From a virus (lineage: Duplodnaviria; Heunggongvirae; Uroviricota; Caudoviricetes), in IMG/VR virus record IMGVR_UViG_3300028886_000029, positions 270,007 through 334,006 of that record: a DNA stretch of 64,000 nt, one strand, 5' to 3'. Under the pieces are notes generated by a model. It made no database searches, was not told the origin of the DNA, and was given only the letters and a program-made list of their open reading frames with translations. Below, one piece after another: positions 20,005 to 30,426 of the stretch. The translations under genes and the position numbers were made by a program. How positions within the stretch are numbered: position 1 is the stretch's first letter; the number at the start of each line of letters is the position of its first letter.

Positions 20005-20538
20005 ATGGAAGTTTTTGAAAATTTGATTAATAGTACTGAACTATGCGTTTGGGAAGAAGAGAAACTTGTCTCTTTTTGGGGCAGTTGCTTTTCAAATTTT
20101 TATCCGGCTAAATTCACTGTAGGTGAAAATGAATATTTGACTTCGGAACAATACTTTATGTTTCAGAAAGCAATGTACTTTAATGACACTGAAATTGCTG
20201 AACTAATAAAAAACACTGAACACCCAAGGGACTGTAAAAAATTAGGAAGGAAAGTAAGAGGTTTTGATGAGGCACAATGGGATAAAGTCAAGTACAATAT
20301 CATGTATGATGCAGTCTTAGCCAAGTTTTCACAAAATGATGAATTGAAAAAGGCATTGTTATATTTTCGGAACAAAGCCTATAATTTTGTTGAAGGAAGT
20401 CCATACGACAAAATTTGGGGGGTTGGTATATATTATAATGACCCACTTATTGCCGATAAGAAAAATTGGAAAGGAGAAAATTTGCTTGGAAAATGTCTTG
20501 ACGAAGTTGGCGATAGGCTATTGAAAAAAGAGAACTAA
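20005..20538 (+). CDS. NADAR family protein (YbiA-like)
   Basis: FSNFYP, SEQYFMFQKA, KKLGRKV, AKFSQN, EGSPYDKIWGVG, GENLLG. Confidence 0.9.
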   Translation: MEVFENLINSTELCVWEEEKLVSFWGSCFSNFYPAKFTVGENEYLTSEQYFMFQKAMYFNDTEIAELIKNTEHPRDCKKLGRKVRGFDEAQWDKVKYNIMYDAVLAKFSQNDELKKALLYFRNKAYNFVEGSPYDKIWGVGIYYNDPLIADKKNWKGENLLGKCLDEVGDRLLKKEN

Positions 20539-21131
20539 AATTTAGTTCTCTTTTTCTTTCCTTCATTATACATAAAATGTCTCCACATATCCTTATCCGC
20601 AATACCAAGAGTGTTGGTTGACTTTTCCGAACCAATATTGTTGTTTTGTTTTTTTGACATTGACTCAAGTCTGTTCCAATCATTTTCACTCCAATCTCCT
20701 GATATACCCATTTTCTCAAATTCAGAAACAGTTGCCATGAAAACATGCCTATAATCAAATTCAGAGACAAATGTATAGTTGGAAATATCAAGGTTTAACA
20801 CTTCCTTAAACAAATAACTTATGACTTCCATATCAGATGATGCCAAATCATTCCACACAGAAATGAGTTTTTCGTTCATCCATAATCTACCTTCTCTTGT
20901 GTTACTTAATTTACCGTTTTTGCATTGATAATTGTAAAGCAAATAAGTGTGTAACAATGTTTTCGAACAAATCAACTGAAGGTCACCACTGGTATTCACA
21001 CCAACAATAAATGTTAATGTGTTCTCATCTTTGTAGTTTAAATCAATGTTTTCTTCAGGTATTCTTATTGTGTCCGGACAACCATGCAGGTTGTTACTAT
21101 TTTGTTTGTCAACTTCAAAAGTCTTAACCAT
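20535..21131 (-). CDS. hypothetical protein, related to an internal domain of 5355..8066
   Basis: GRLWMNEKLISVW versus GRYWENNNVISFW. Confidence 0.6.
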   Translation of the reverse strand: MVKTFEVDKQNSNNLHGCPDTIRIPEENIDLNYKDENTLTFIVGVNTSGDLQLICSKTLLHTYLLYNYQCKNGKLSNTREGRLWMNEKLISVWNDLASSDMEVISYLFKEVLNLDISNYTFVSEFDYRHVFMATVSEFEKMGISGDWSENDWNRLESMSKKQNNNIGSEKSTNTLGIADKDMWRHFMYNEGKKKRTKF

Positions 21132-21197
21132 TTTGTTCTAACAGATTTTTTTTATATATTTGTCGTGTAATATAAATAGTCAGAAAAAAATAAAAAC

Positions 21198-21581
21198 ATG
21201 AAAAGAAAAAACTTGTCAAAGGCAATTGAATCAACATTGTTCCAATTAGACAGGGCACTATTTTATGATTCGGAATTTGATACATATAAAACCAAATCCA
21301 GAACATTAATTGGTGTTTGTAAAGAACTTTTAAACAACAGTCATAGTGAAGAACAAGAAAAATTTATAAAAACATTCAACAGAATAATTAGAGATACAAA
21401 CAAATATTTTGTCCCGCTTCCTCGGTATCTTGGAAGATATTATGGAAAAATATTTGTTAACGAAATCAAAGAAAAGTATAATAAAGGTATGAGGGGAACA
21501 ACAGGTAAACTTAGGACATATTCAGATTCCCTTTTCAAAGCATATGTCAAGGCAATAATTTTTAAGAGGAACAATTTTTAG
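21198..21581 (+). CDS. hypothetical protein
   Basis: 127-aa basic ORF. Confidence 0.6.
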   Translation: MKRKNLSKAIESTLFQLDRALFYDSEFDTYKTKSRTLIGVCKELLNNSHSEEQEKFIKTFNRIIRDTNKYFVPLPRYLGRYYGKIFVNEIKEKYNKGMRGTTGKLRTYSDSLFKAYVKAIIFKRNNF

Positions 21582-23710
21582 TGGAAACAAATTTTAAATG
21601 TATAATTGATTATATCACATATCACAATGATGACAACGGATATACCATCATGGGTGTTAAACCTGATTTTCAAAAAGACAGGATAACGCTTGTGGCTTAC
21701 ATAACGACACCCATCATTGGCATGACTTTGCATGTGGAAGGACAATGGAAAAAACACAACATATATGGTAACCAATTTGTCGCAGATGTCTGTGATGAAA
21801 TTATGCCTGACACATTATACGGTATACAAAAATATCTTGCAAGTGGTCTCATTAAAGGAATTGGTGAAAAGTACGCCACATTGATAGTAAACAAATTTGG
21901 CATTGAGACACCTGATATCATTGAAAACCACCCTGAAAGGCTTAAGGAAATCCCAAGATTCGGAGAAAAACGAATAAACACGTTGGTTGAATCTTGGAAA
22001 GAGCAAAAACATGTTATGGATATTATGGTTTTCCTTAAATCATTTGATATCTCAACATTATTTGCGGTTAAAATATATAAACTTTATGGCGATAACGCCA
22101 TTGATGTCCTTAAGGAAAATCCGTATAGGTTAATAACTGACTTGGATGGTGTTGGTTTTAAAAAAGCGGATGCCATTGCCCTTAAAATGGGTATTCCATT
22201 CAACTCACCACAAAGAATATCAGCCGGTATTGTTTTCACATTAAATGAGTGTGGTGAACAAGGTGACACATATGAACTCAAATCATTTTTAACCAATGAA
22301 ATTGTCAATCTTCTTCAGATTGAGGCATCATTTATTGAGACTGAAATTGATAACATGGTTAATGATGAGCAACTTGTTTGCCTTGATGACAAAATATTTT
22401 TGCCGCAATATTACTATGCGGAAAAAAACATAGCATATAAACTCACCAATGTCCTGAAAGCGTTCAAACCAATGGACACGATTACGGACGCTGAAATTAA
22501 ACAAATTGAGACACATCTTAATATCGAATACAATGAAGAACAAAAAAACGCTATTAAAACGGCTTTATATAACAATGTGATGGTCTTGACAGGTGGCCCT
22601 GGTACCGGTAAAACAACGGTGACTAAAGGCATAATAACAGCGTTAAGACTACAAAACAAAGAAATACTATGTGCCGCACCAACAGGTAAAGCGGCGGACA
22701 GAATGTCTGAGGCGACTGAAATGGAAGCGTCCACTATACACAGACTGTTAGGGTATAATCCAACCAAAGGTTACCAATATAATGAGGAAAGACCTTTATA
22801 TGGTGATGTGCTTATTGTTGACGAAATTTCAATGGTGAATGTTCTTTTAATGAATAGTTTACTTAAAGCGGTTCCAAAAGACATGAAACTAATTTTAATT
22901 GGTGATGCAGACCAGTTACCTTGTATTGGGGCAGGTAACATCCTGTCTGATATAATCTCTTCGGAAATGATACCTGTGGTGAAACTCCAAGAAATCTATA
23001 GACAGGCGGCAACCTCAAAAATAATAACCACCGCACATGCGATTAACCATGGTGAATTTCCTGACTTGAAAAACAGTAAAGACAGTGATTTGTTTTGGAT
23101 AAACATTGAGGATGAGGAAATAATAGTTAACAACATTATTGATTTGGTCAAAAACAGATTACCAAAAACCTATGGTTATAAACCAACTGAAATACAGGTT
23201 TTAACACCAATGAAAAAAGGGTCGCTGGGTACAATCAATCTTAATGAACTACTCCAAAAAGAACTGAATCCCAATGGTGAGGAAATAAAATTTGGAACAA
23301 CTACATTCAGGGTTAATGATAAGGTTATGCAAATTAAAAACAATTATGATAAAGAGATTTTTAATGGTGACTCTGGATTCATACAATCAATAAACAAAGA
23401 GGAAAAAACACTAATTGTGGTGTTTAAAAAACAAGTTGTAATTTACGATTTTTCCGACCTTGATGAATTGATGCTTGCTTATGCTGTCACCGTTCACAAG
23501 TCACAGGGTTCTGAATATCCGATTGTGGTAATGCCGATAACAATGGGTCATTATGTTATGCTAAAACGAAATTTAATATATACCGGAATCACAAGAGCCA
23601 AAAATCTATGTGTGTTACTTGGACAAAAGCAGTCTCTTTATCTTGGTGTTAACACAATTGACACAACAAAAAGAAATACATACCTTAATAATTTTTTAAA
23701 AGAAATTTAA
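21581..23710 (+). CDS. recD2: RecD2-like SF1B helicase
   Basis: OB/HhH N-terminus, GGPGTGKT, APTGKAA, VDEISM, GDADQL, YAVTVHKSQGSE, YTGITRA. Confidence 0.93.
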   Translation: METNFKCIIDYITYHNDDNGYTIMGVKPDFQKDRITLVAYITTPIIGMTLHVEGQWKKHNIYGNQFVADVCDEIMPDTLYGIQKYLASGLIKGIGEKYATLIVNKFGIETPDIIENHPERLKEIPRFGEKRINTLVESWKEQKHVMDIMVFLKSFDISTLFAVKIYKLYGDNAIDVLKENPYRLITDLDGVGFKKADAIALKMGIPFNSPQRISAGIVFTLNECGEQGDTYELKSFLTNEIVNLLQIEASFIETEIDNMVNDEQLVCLDDKIFLPQYYYAEKNIAYKLTNVLKAFKPMDTITDAEIKQIETHLNIEYNEEQKNAIKTALYNNVMVLTGGPGTGKTTVTKGIITALRLQNKEILCAAPTGKAADRMSEATEMEASTIHRLLGYNPTKGYQYNEERPLYGDVLIVDEISMVNVLLMNSLLKAVPKDMKLILIGDADQLPCIGAGNILSDIISSEMIPVVKLQEIYRQAATSKIITTAHAINHGEFPDLKNSKDSDLFWINIEDEEIIVNNIIDLVKNRLPKTYGYKPTEIQVLTPMKKGSLGTINLNELLQKELNPNGEEIKFGTTTFRVNDKVMQIKNNYDKEIFNGDSGFIQSINKEEKTLIVVFKKQVVIYDFSDLDELMLAYAVTVHKSQGSEYPIVVMPITMGHYVMLKRNLIYTGITRAKNLCVLLGQKQSLYLGVNTIDTTKRNTYLNNFLKEI

Positions 23711-23711
23711 T

Positions 23712-24179
23712 ATGAGAAAAATTACGGATGTTAACATTAATGTAACTGAAAAAAGGGCACCGACAGACGAATCTGTCAAACTACTGAACGAGTTTCAAAA
23801 AGAAGCACTTGAAAATCTCATTTGCAAAATATCAAATGATGAGAACAACACATTTAAATGGGAAGGATTCTTTTTTAGAACATTTAATCCTGATTCCATT
23901 ACACCAACAGGAATTTTTTACTTACGATTAACAGTTAACGGTCAATTGTTTGAGAGAAAAGTGAAAACAACCACACAAATAATGTCAATGTTAAAGTATG
24001 GCGATTTGAGATATATTGACTTAGATGGGGATATAAAGCGATATGTTCTTTTACAGATATCCGTACTTGTCAGTGAAATTCTACTTAATGACAGCGAAAC
24101 CGCTAAAAAAATCATAACTGAGATGGCTGAAATTCCAGTGACAAACTTTGATTACAAAACATTAATGAAAACAAAATAG
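23712..24179 (+). CDS. hypothetical protein
   Basis: 155-aa ORF, followed by hairpin TAGGAAGTCA...TGACTTCCTA. Confidence 0.65.
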   Translation: MRKITDVNINVTEKRAPTDESVKLLNEFQKEALENLICKISNDENNTFKWEGFFFRTFNPDSITPTGIFYLRLTVNGQLFERKVKTTTQIMSMLKYGDLRYIDLDGDIKRYVLLQISVLVSEILLNDSETAKKIITEMAEIPVTNFDYKTLMKTK

Positions 24180-24197
24180 GAAGTCATTTTTGACTTC

Positions 24198-24560
24198 CTA
24201 TGATTTATATCCCCTTTTTACTACAATGAAACCACCTCGTTGTCCGTTATATTCATCAAGACCTGTCGCTTTGCATGGCACACCTTTATGTTGATAATAG
24301 ATATTTAAATCCTCCACCAAATCATCAAAAGGTAATACTTTCCACATTGGTGCATCTGGATAACATCTGATAACAACCATATTAGGTGCCTTGTCAACTG
24401 TTTTTCCTGTCCAACCATTTGCTCTTATAACATCGGACGCTTTTTGTGGTTTTTCAGGAAAATTTTGTTTTTTGGAGAAAATACCTTCTAAAATTTGTCC
24501 GACAGACTCTTTAATGATGTATGTCAATTCATTTGCGTTCAGTTCAATATTCTTTCCCAT
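24198..24560 (-). CDS. hypothetical protein with IIKES-type N-terminal leader
   Basis: ELTYIIKESVGQILE; ACTATTTAT upstream. Confidence 0.65.
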   Translation of the reverse strand: MGKNIELNANELTYIIKESVGQILEGIFSKKQNFPEKPQKASDVIRANGWTGKTVDKAPNMVVIRCYPDAPMWKVLPFDDLVEDLNIYYQHKGVPCKATGLDEYNGQRGGFIVVKRGYKS

Positions 24561-24658
24561 AAAATTTCTTTTTTTCTGATAAATAGTGTTTTAATTAAAA
24601 AAATTTTGTTTTTTACCATTGTTTTTGTATTTTTGTAAAAAATAAAAAAAAAATATAT

Positions 24659-24877
24659 ATGGCAAAACAACAAGCAATTGAACAAACAGGTATTGTACTT
24701 GAAAGTTTACCTAATGTGATGTTTAGAGTACAACTGGACAGTAACGGCATGATTATATTATGTCAATCATCAGGAAAAATGAGACAAAATTTTATTAAGG
24801 TAATTGTTGGAGACAAAGTTAAAGTCGAAATGTCACCTTATGATTTGACAAGAGGTAGAATTGTAGCAAGGCTTTAA
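24659..24877 (+). CDS. infA: translation initiation factor IF-1
   Basis: 72 aa; [35 protein letters not shown]. Confidence 0.95.
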   Translation: MAKQQAIEQTGIVLESLPNVMFRVQLDSNGMIILCQSSGKMRQNFIKVIVGDKVKVEMSPYDLTRGRIVARL

Positions 24878-24881
24878 TAAC

Positions 24882-25721
24882 ATGGATGATTTGAAAAATA
24901 TCTTGAGTCTCATGAAAAGAATGAGACTTTTTCCTGAATCTAATTATGGTTTAAAGAAAAAGTTTGTTTTAGAAACAAGTTATGAATCAATTTTAGACGA
25001 AGGTATACATCAATCTTATGATGCGGACAAAATATATAAAATCCTGTCAAAGTATTATAAGATTGGGAACATTGATGATTTTATTAAGAACAATAATGAT
25101 ATTGGTTATGCAACTGAAGGGGCATATAATAGCGATGGTTTTTTAATCAATAACGAAATTATTGTGTTTTACCTAATTATACCCAATGGTTTTAAAGACA
25201 CTGAAAAAATTAAAAAATTCATGGAAACTTGTGGGTGGACACTTGCACAAGAACAAATTTGGAACAAAAACAAAAATTACTCTGTCTATTCTTTTCAGAA
25301 AAATCGGCAAATAAAGGAAATTAACGATGTTCCTGATTACCTATATCATTTGACACCAGTAACAAAACTACCCAAAATACTTAGAAACGGACTTACACCA
25401 AGAACAACAAATATTCTGTCGAATAGACCCGAAAGAATATATTTTCAAACCGAAAAAGCAACTAAATTGACATATGTTTTATTTGCTAATGAACTTTACA
25501 AAGCGAATTTAGAAAAAAAACTTGACATTAGTAACATGTCAAAAGATGAAATTATGGCTGAACTAAATAAACCACGCACCCTAAAATATGCATTACTTCT
25601 AATTGATAGAACAAAATTAAACAATATTAAATTTTTTGGAGACCCTGACATGGATGGTGCGGTTTGGACATACGACAATATCACACCAAAGGCAATAACA
25701 GTATTATCAAAAGAAATTTAA
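24882..25721 (+). CDS. protein with C-terminal ADP-ribosyltransferase-like domain
   Basis: YLYHLT...ILRNGLTP...RIYF pattern. Confidence 0.5.
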   Translation: MDDLKNILSLMKRMRLFPESNYGLKKKFVLETSYESILDEGIHQSYDADKIYKILSKYYKIGNIDDFIKNNNDIGYATEGAYNSDGFLINNEIIVFYLIIPNGFKDTEKIKKFMETCGWTLAQEQIWNKNKNYSVYSFQKNRQIKEINDVPDYLYHLTPVTKLPKILRNGLTPRTTNILSNRPERIYFQTEKATKLTYVLFANELYKANLEKKLDISNMSKDEIMAELNKPRTLKYALLLIDRTKLNNIKFFGDPDMDGAVWTYDNITPKAITVLSKEI

Positions 25722-25724
25722 AAA

Positions 25725-26039
25725 ATGTTTTGGAAATTATTAATCTTATGTGTTCTTTGTCATTTCCTTACTGAAAATGTGTTATTTCCAATTTCACATA
25801 ATAAGGAAAGCAAATCGGTATCTAATGCCGATGCCATAATGTGGTCATTAATTATCATTCTTCCTATAATGTGGTTTTTACCCACAAGCGGTATTAACTT
25901 ATTGCTTGTCAGCATAGCCAATGCTTCAATATATTATGTGACGACAGACGCGCTTCACGAAAAAAGTGAAGTAGGTGAAAATGTAATTAAATTTCTTCAA
26001 ATTATCTTGACTTTATTACTATTTTTATTTATATTATAA
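25725..26039 (+). CDS. small membrane protein
   Basis: Several hydrophobic segments. Confidence 0.6.
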   Translation: MFWKLLILCVLCHFLTENVLFPISHNKESKSVSNADAIMWSLIIILPIMWFLPTSGINLLLVSIANASIYYVTTDALHEKSEVGENVIKFLQIILTLLLFLFIL

Positions 26040-26068
26040 AAATAATAAAATAAAAAAATATTTTTGTT

Positions 26069-26566
26069 ATGAAAAGTATATTTGATTATTTTAATGATGA
26101 CTCGGTGAAAGATAGTTTAACCACCGCGCCCCAACACAACAATTGGTTTAACGAACCATATAACCCATTTCCATCCTATCCGTATCAAGAAAATCCATGG
26201 ACATTTTGGTGGCCTTATAGTTACACGACAACAACACTTAACGAAACATTCCCCACTTTCCATGAGTTTGTTGATAAAGGAGTTACCTATGAATTAGTTC
26301 TTCCAATATCCAAGAAAGTGGTTGGTTCTGACATCACCATTGATGTTATTGATGAGAAAACAATAGAAATCAAATATGAACACAAGGAAGATAACTCATT
26401 TACCAGCGGTTCATATGAATATACACTTCCAAAGGATGTTCAACCTGATACTTTAACCGCTATAATTGACAACAGTAAAGGTGAAACCAACCAACTTAAA
26501 ATTACGGTGACAAAAAAACCGCTTACTGATAAAACTTCTTCTTCAAGGAGAATTGAAATTAAATAA
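26069..26566 (+). CDS. Hsp20/alpha-crystallin-like protein
   Basis: YELVLP...ITIDV...YEYTLPKDV...LTA...QLKITV strand pattern. Confidence 0.55.
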   Translation: MKSIFDYFNDDSVKDSLTTAPQHNNWFNEPYNPFPSYPYQENPWTFWWPYSYTTTTLNETFPTFHEFVDKGVTYELVLPISKKVVGSDITIDVIDEKTIEIKYEHKEDNSFTSGSYEYTLPKDVQPDTLTAIIDNSKGETNQLKITVTKKPLTDKTSSSRRIEIK

Positions 26567-26679
26567 AAAAAATGACAGATATATATATATCTGTCATTTT
26601 TTTTTTATAAATAGCCATTAAATCACATTTTTTAATTTATTTCTTTTACAAAACTATTTATAGTAAAAACAGATTTTTA

Positions 26680-27093
26680 ATGAGAAGAATAATTATAACG
26701 GAAGCACAAGAACAGCAACTGATTAGGTTGTTGAAAGAAGATACTGTGCAACAAATGCCCGTGGACAAAAAAATGAATAAACCATATACCATTGACCCCC
26801 AAAAGGTGATGGTTGTTAAAAAGTTTTTGGATGACAACTTTAAAAAGGGTAATATTGAAAGGATTGGCTCAGATGGTTTGAAAGAAGTGGTGCCAATTGT
26901 ATCCATTGTGTCATCAACCGGTGAATCACTGAAAAATCTTTACAAAGAGGACTTGTGCGATTTACTTATTGAAAAATTTAAGAAAATGTTTCTTGATAAA
27001 ATTGAAAGGGAATTGTTTATGAAACAGGTTATGGAAGATTGGTTTAATGACAAAATCAATATTCATGGCATGTTGTCTGTTAATCATCTTTAA
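26680..27093 (+). CDS. hypothetical protein with IIITE-type leader
   Basis: MRRIIITEAQ; ACTATTTAT at 26653. Confidence 0.7.
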   Translation: MRRIIITEAQEQQLIRLLKEDTVQQMPVDKKMNKPYTIDPQKVMVVKKFLDDNFKKGNIERIGSDGLKEVVPIVSIVSSTGESLKNLYKEDLCDLLIEKFKKMFLDKIERELFMKQVMEDWFNDKINIHGMLSVNHL

Positions 27094-27108
27094 AAAAGCA
27101 ATAATGAA

Positions 27109-27783
27109 ATGTGTTTAAATAACATACTAAAACTATTATTTGCCATGGCAAGAAAAAAGAAAAACTTCGGCTTTCAAAAATCCGTTATTGATGGAACTGA
27201 ACATATATTCGGTGCGTCAATGACCGAAGGTCTCCCATCGGAGTATTCATACAAAAAATATTTACCTGATGCTCTTAACCAAGGTTCAAACCCAATTTGT
27301 GTGCCTTGTTCATTATCGGCTTATATAAACTGGCAGTTAAATTTGAGTGATGGTTCCAAAAAAGACAATAAGGTCGCTTATTACGATATATTTAAAGCAA
27401 AAACAACTGAGACTGCCGATGAAGGCATGACATTTAAAGATGGTTTGAGGTACCTTCTTCATCACGGTGTTAAAACATCAAGCGGTTATTTCAGTATAAA
27501 AAGTTATGCGATGGTGAAAAATTTCCTGAGTCTTAAAAACGCAATAGTAATGAACGGTCCTTGTCTTGGCGCATTACCGGTATATAATTATAACGATAAG
27601 TTCTGGACAAAACTATATGGTGACACTCTTATGGGTTATCACGCAATAGCGATAGTCGGTTACGATAGTGAAGGTTTCATTATCAGAAATTCATGGGGAA
27701 AATCTTTCGGTAAAAACGGTTATACAACAATACCCTATGAGGATTTCAGTAAATTTGTTGAAATTTGGACAATTGTTGAGTAA
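27109..27783 (+). CDS. papain-like (C1) cysteine peptidase
   Basis: NQGSNPIC, HAIAIVGY, IRNSWG. Confidence 0.85.
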   Translation: MCLNNILKLLFAMARKKKNFGFQKSVIDGTEHIFGASMTEGLPSEYSYKKYLPDALNQGSNPICVPCSLSAYINWQLNLSDGSKKDNKVAYYDIFKAKTTETADEGMTFKDGLRYLLHHGVKTSSGYFSIKSYAMVKNFLSLKNAIVMNGPCLGALPVYNYNDKFWTKLYGDTLMGYHAIAIVGYDSEGFIIRNSWGKSFGKNGYTTIPYEDFSKFVEIWTIVE

Positions 27784-27818
27784 AAAGAAAAAGAGAGGTT
27801 TTTCACCTCTCTTTTTTA

Positions 27819-28496
27819 TTAAAACATTTTTAATAACTTCACACCAACATCGTGTTTTGGTACATATTCATTTTTGTTAAAATAGTAATGCCCATCAACT
27901 GATAAACCCCAGGACTGATTTACAAAAACACCTGCCTCAGCGGTAACGGATGGGAATGTGGTTCCACCTGCGCCCACATAAGGAAGTATTTTTCTTGTTC
28001 TATATTCGGTGTTTGTCACAACCTTTACTTTGGGAACAAAATCATAATACAATGTACCCAACCTGTTATATTGCACAGATGTGTTTAACTTAAAAGTACC
28101 AAGGGTATCATTATCAAACAACGTCTCTTTATATTCCCGTAAAGTCGCCCAATCAGCGATAAGTTTAAGTGTGTCCTCACTAGTCATATAAACAGTGTCT
28201 TTTATTTCCTTTATTTTTTCAGGAAACAACTCTTGATAAACACCGTCTTTTACCGCTTGCGCTATAATTTTAGCGACATCAACCGGTTCTTTGATGTAAA
28301 CAGGTACAGGTTTGTCAATACTGTCATGTATTGGTTTTGCCTCAACATATATGGTTTTTGTTATCTTTTTTACGGGTGTTGTCTTTTTACCCACATATAT
28401 TCCAAAAAGAAATATACCGACAATCCCAAGAACATAACCAATTAATTTCATGTTTTTTGGGGTGAAATATTTTTTTAAATCTTGTAGCATAAACAA
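27819..28496 (-). CDS. membrane-anchored hypothetical protein
   Basis: N-terminal TM helix; beta-rich C-terminus ending in Phe. Confidence 0.6.
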   Translation of the reverse strand: MFMLQDLKKYFTPKNMKLIGYVLGIVGIFLFGIYVGKKTTPVKKITKTIYVEAKPIHDSIDKPVPVYIKEPVDVAKIIAQAVKDGVYQELFPEKIKEIKDTVYMTSEDTLKLIADWATLREYKETLFDNDTLGTFKLNTSVQYNRLGTLYYDFVPKVKVVTNTEYRTRKILPYVGAGGTTFPSVTAEAGVFVNQSWGLSVDGHYYFNKNEYVPKHDVGVKLLKMF

Positions 28497-28555
28497 AACA
28501 TTTTCAATAAATAGTTGATTTTGTCAATATTTTTTTGTATTTTTGTAAAAAAAAC

Positions 28556-28732
28556 ATGTTAGAAATAATATTAACTTATCTGATGGTTTTCAGTTGTTTA
28601 TTTGTTTTCAAGGAAATGTTTTGTTTCGGCAAAGCATTATTGACTGACGGAAATTATAAAATAACTGAGAAAAAATTGTTAAATCTAGGACTAACAATTT
28701 CGTATATAATAACATTTTTGATTTGTTCATAA
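28556..28732 (+). CDS. small membrane protein
   Basis: Two hydrophobic segments; TATTTTTG promoter upstream. Confidence 0.55.
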   Translation: MLEIILTYLMVFSCLFVFKEMFCFGKALLTDGNYKITEKKLLNLGLTISYIITFLICS

Positions 28733-28747
28733 AAATTATTTGAGTCT

Positions 28748-29203
28748 ATGGCAAATAACATTAAAGACAGAATAGAGAAAATAAAAGAATATTTTAAAGG
28801 AATGAGAGTTGACACCGACAATGGTGAAAACGCTATTTATATTATTGTTCAATTCCCACCCAAATGGATTGTTGACAACACAATAGAAGAAAAATACGGT
28901 ATAAATGTAATTCAGGGTAATGAATATCCTGGACAATTTTATTTCTGCGCTGAAATGGAAGTCGGTTTTGATGTTCTTTTTGACGCGATAGAATATAGTA
29001 TTGACAAAATGCTGACCGCACAAGAAAGGGCAAGATTACTTAAAGAAAAAGCCGAAGAACTGAAGGAACTGTTTATTGATGAGACAATCCCAATAGAGGC
29101 ACTTAGGACATTGACATTCACTTACAAAACGGCCAAACCAAAAAAGGTCAGCAAAACCAAAAAAGAAGAAATAAAAACACAAGAAAATGATATTGAGGAA
29201 TGA
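28748..29203 (+). CDS. hypothetical protein
   Basis: 151-aa ORF within operon. Confidence 0.65.
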   Translation: MANNIKDRIEKIKEYFKGMRVDTDNGENAIYIIVQFPPKWIVDNTIEEKYGINVIQGNEYPGQFYFCAEMEVGFDVLFDAIEYSIDKMLTAQERARLLKEKAEELKELFIDETIPIEALRTLTFTYKTAKPKKVSKTKKEEIKTQENDIEE

Positions 29204-29619
29204 GTACAGGATTAATAATATTTATTTATAGTATATTCCTTTATGGAATTTCGTGGATGTTTGTTTACGCAAGCGGTCCATTCCGAATATTTGAACACGT
29301 TAGAAACATCAGTAATTCAATATCCGAACATTTCGGCCAATTGTTTCAATGTATGGTGTGTTTTCCAAGTAACTTGTCTTGGGTAATGTCATTAATTGAT
29401 TGGTTTTTCCTGCCCCAAGTAGCGATTACCCCATTTAATATATTGCTTAGCGGAACCGGTTTATGGTGGTTGGCGATTTTGATGGATATTGGTTTTGGTG
29501 CAGGCATTACTTGGACAATACATAATATCGTGGGTTTTTTTGAATCAATCGCCGAAGGAAACAATGCGGATGGCATAGAGGAAAATAATGAAGAAATAAT
29601 TGATGTCAGTGATGAATGA
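29200..29619 (+). CDS. membrane protein with CxxC (DUF1360-like)
   Basis: GPFRIFEHVR...LFQCMVC plus TM helices. Confidence 0.55.
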   Translation: MSTGLIIFIYSIFLYGISWMFVYASGPFRIFEHVRNISNSISEHFGQLFQCMVCFPSNLSWVMSLIDWFFLPQVAITPFNILLSGTGLWWLAILMDIGFGAGITWTIHNIVGFFESIAEGNNADGIEENNEEIIDVSDE

Positions 29620-29935
29620 TGTTAACTCACTTAAACAAGACATAGCCAAAACCAAGGCTATAGTAAAGCAAGAACAGGTCATATTGAAAGACAAAGCCAA
29701 AAACGGAATGTTTGACGGTAGTGAAACAGTTCTGTCCGATAATAGGGATTACTTTCAAAACGCTCTTAAAAAACTCGAAAAAGAATATGTGTGGGATGAT
29801 GAGAACAAAACATATAAGCTAAAAACAGATAACAAACCAGAAACAAACACAGCGGTAATCAATCCCCAAAACATTAAGGCAACAAAAGCCTTTAAAGAAA
29901 AAATAAAAGAAAATATCAAAAAAATTTTCAAATGA
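29612..29935 (+). CDS. hypothetical protein
   Basis: ORF coupled to neighbours. Confidence 0.55.
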   Translation: MNDVNSLKQDIAKTKAIVKQEQVILKDKAKNGMFDGSETVLSDNRDYFQNALKKLEKEYVWDDENKTYKLKTDNKPETNTAVINPQNIKATKAFKEKIKENIKKIFK

Positions 29936-30426
29936 ACACAAACGAAGAACTATATAACCACCTCCTTTTTCAATTTGGATATAATAGCCAAAATCTGTTT
30001 CTGACAGAAACAAGAGGTTATGTTTCTGATATTGATGACGCTATTAATGTTTTGCTTGAAATGGTATCGTTACAGATTGAGACAACCATTAAAACACAAA
30101 CATCAATAACATACACATATACACAGGAAAAACTTAAATCCAAACTAAACACTTTTTTTGATGAATTTAGATTGACCCTCACAACACAATTTGACTCCAA
30201 AAAATCTTATTTAGGTGAATTTCACCCAAAATCAATTATGGAAAAAGATGAAAAAATTGTTTGTGTGCCTCGAGTGGAAATCAAAATATCCGCAAATAAT
30301 GTTAATGACTTGCGACAGGTTTTTGCCTTTGCTTGCGGTCATGAATTGACACACGGTTATAATCTTTTGCAATACGCCAAACAATATGGTGTTACGAAAA
30401 ATGTGCAAGAAAGCCCACTACTTTAG
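29932..30426 (+). pseudogene. HExxH protein interrupted near its 3' end by the tnpB element
   Basis: HELTH motif; last codons derive from the IS left end; removing 30396-31780 restores ...YGVTLDGKNMNNNTTIKQ* ending at 31826. Confidence 0.6.
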
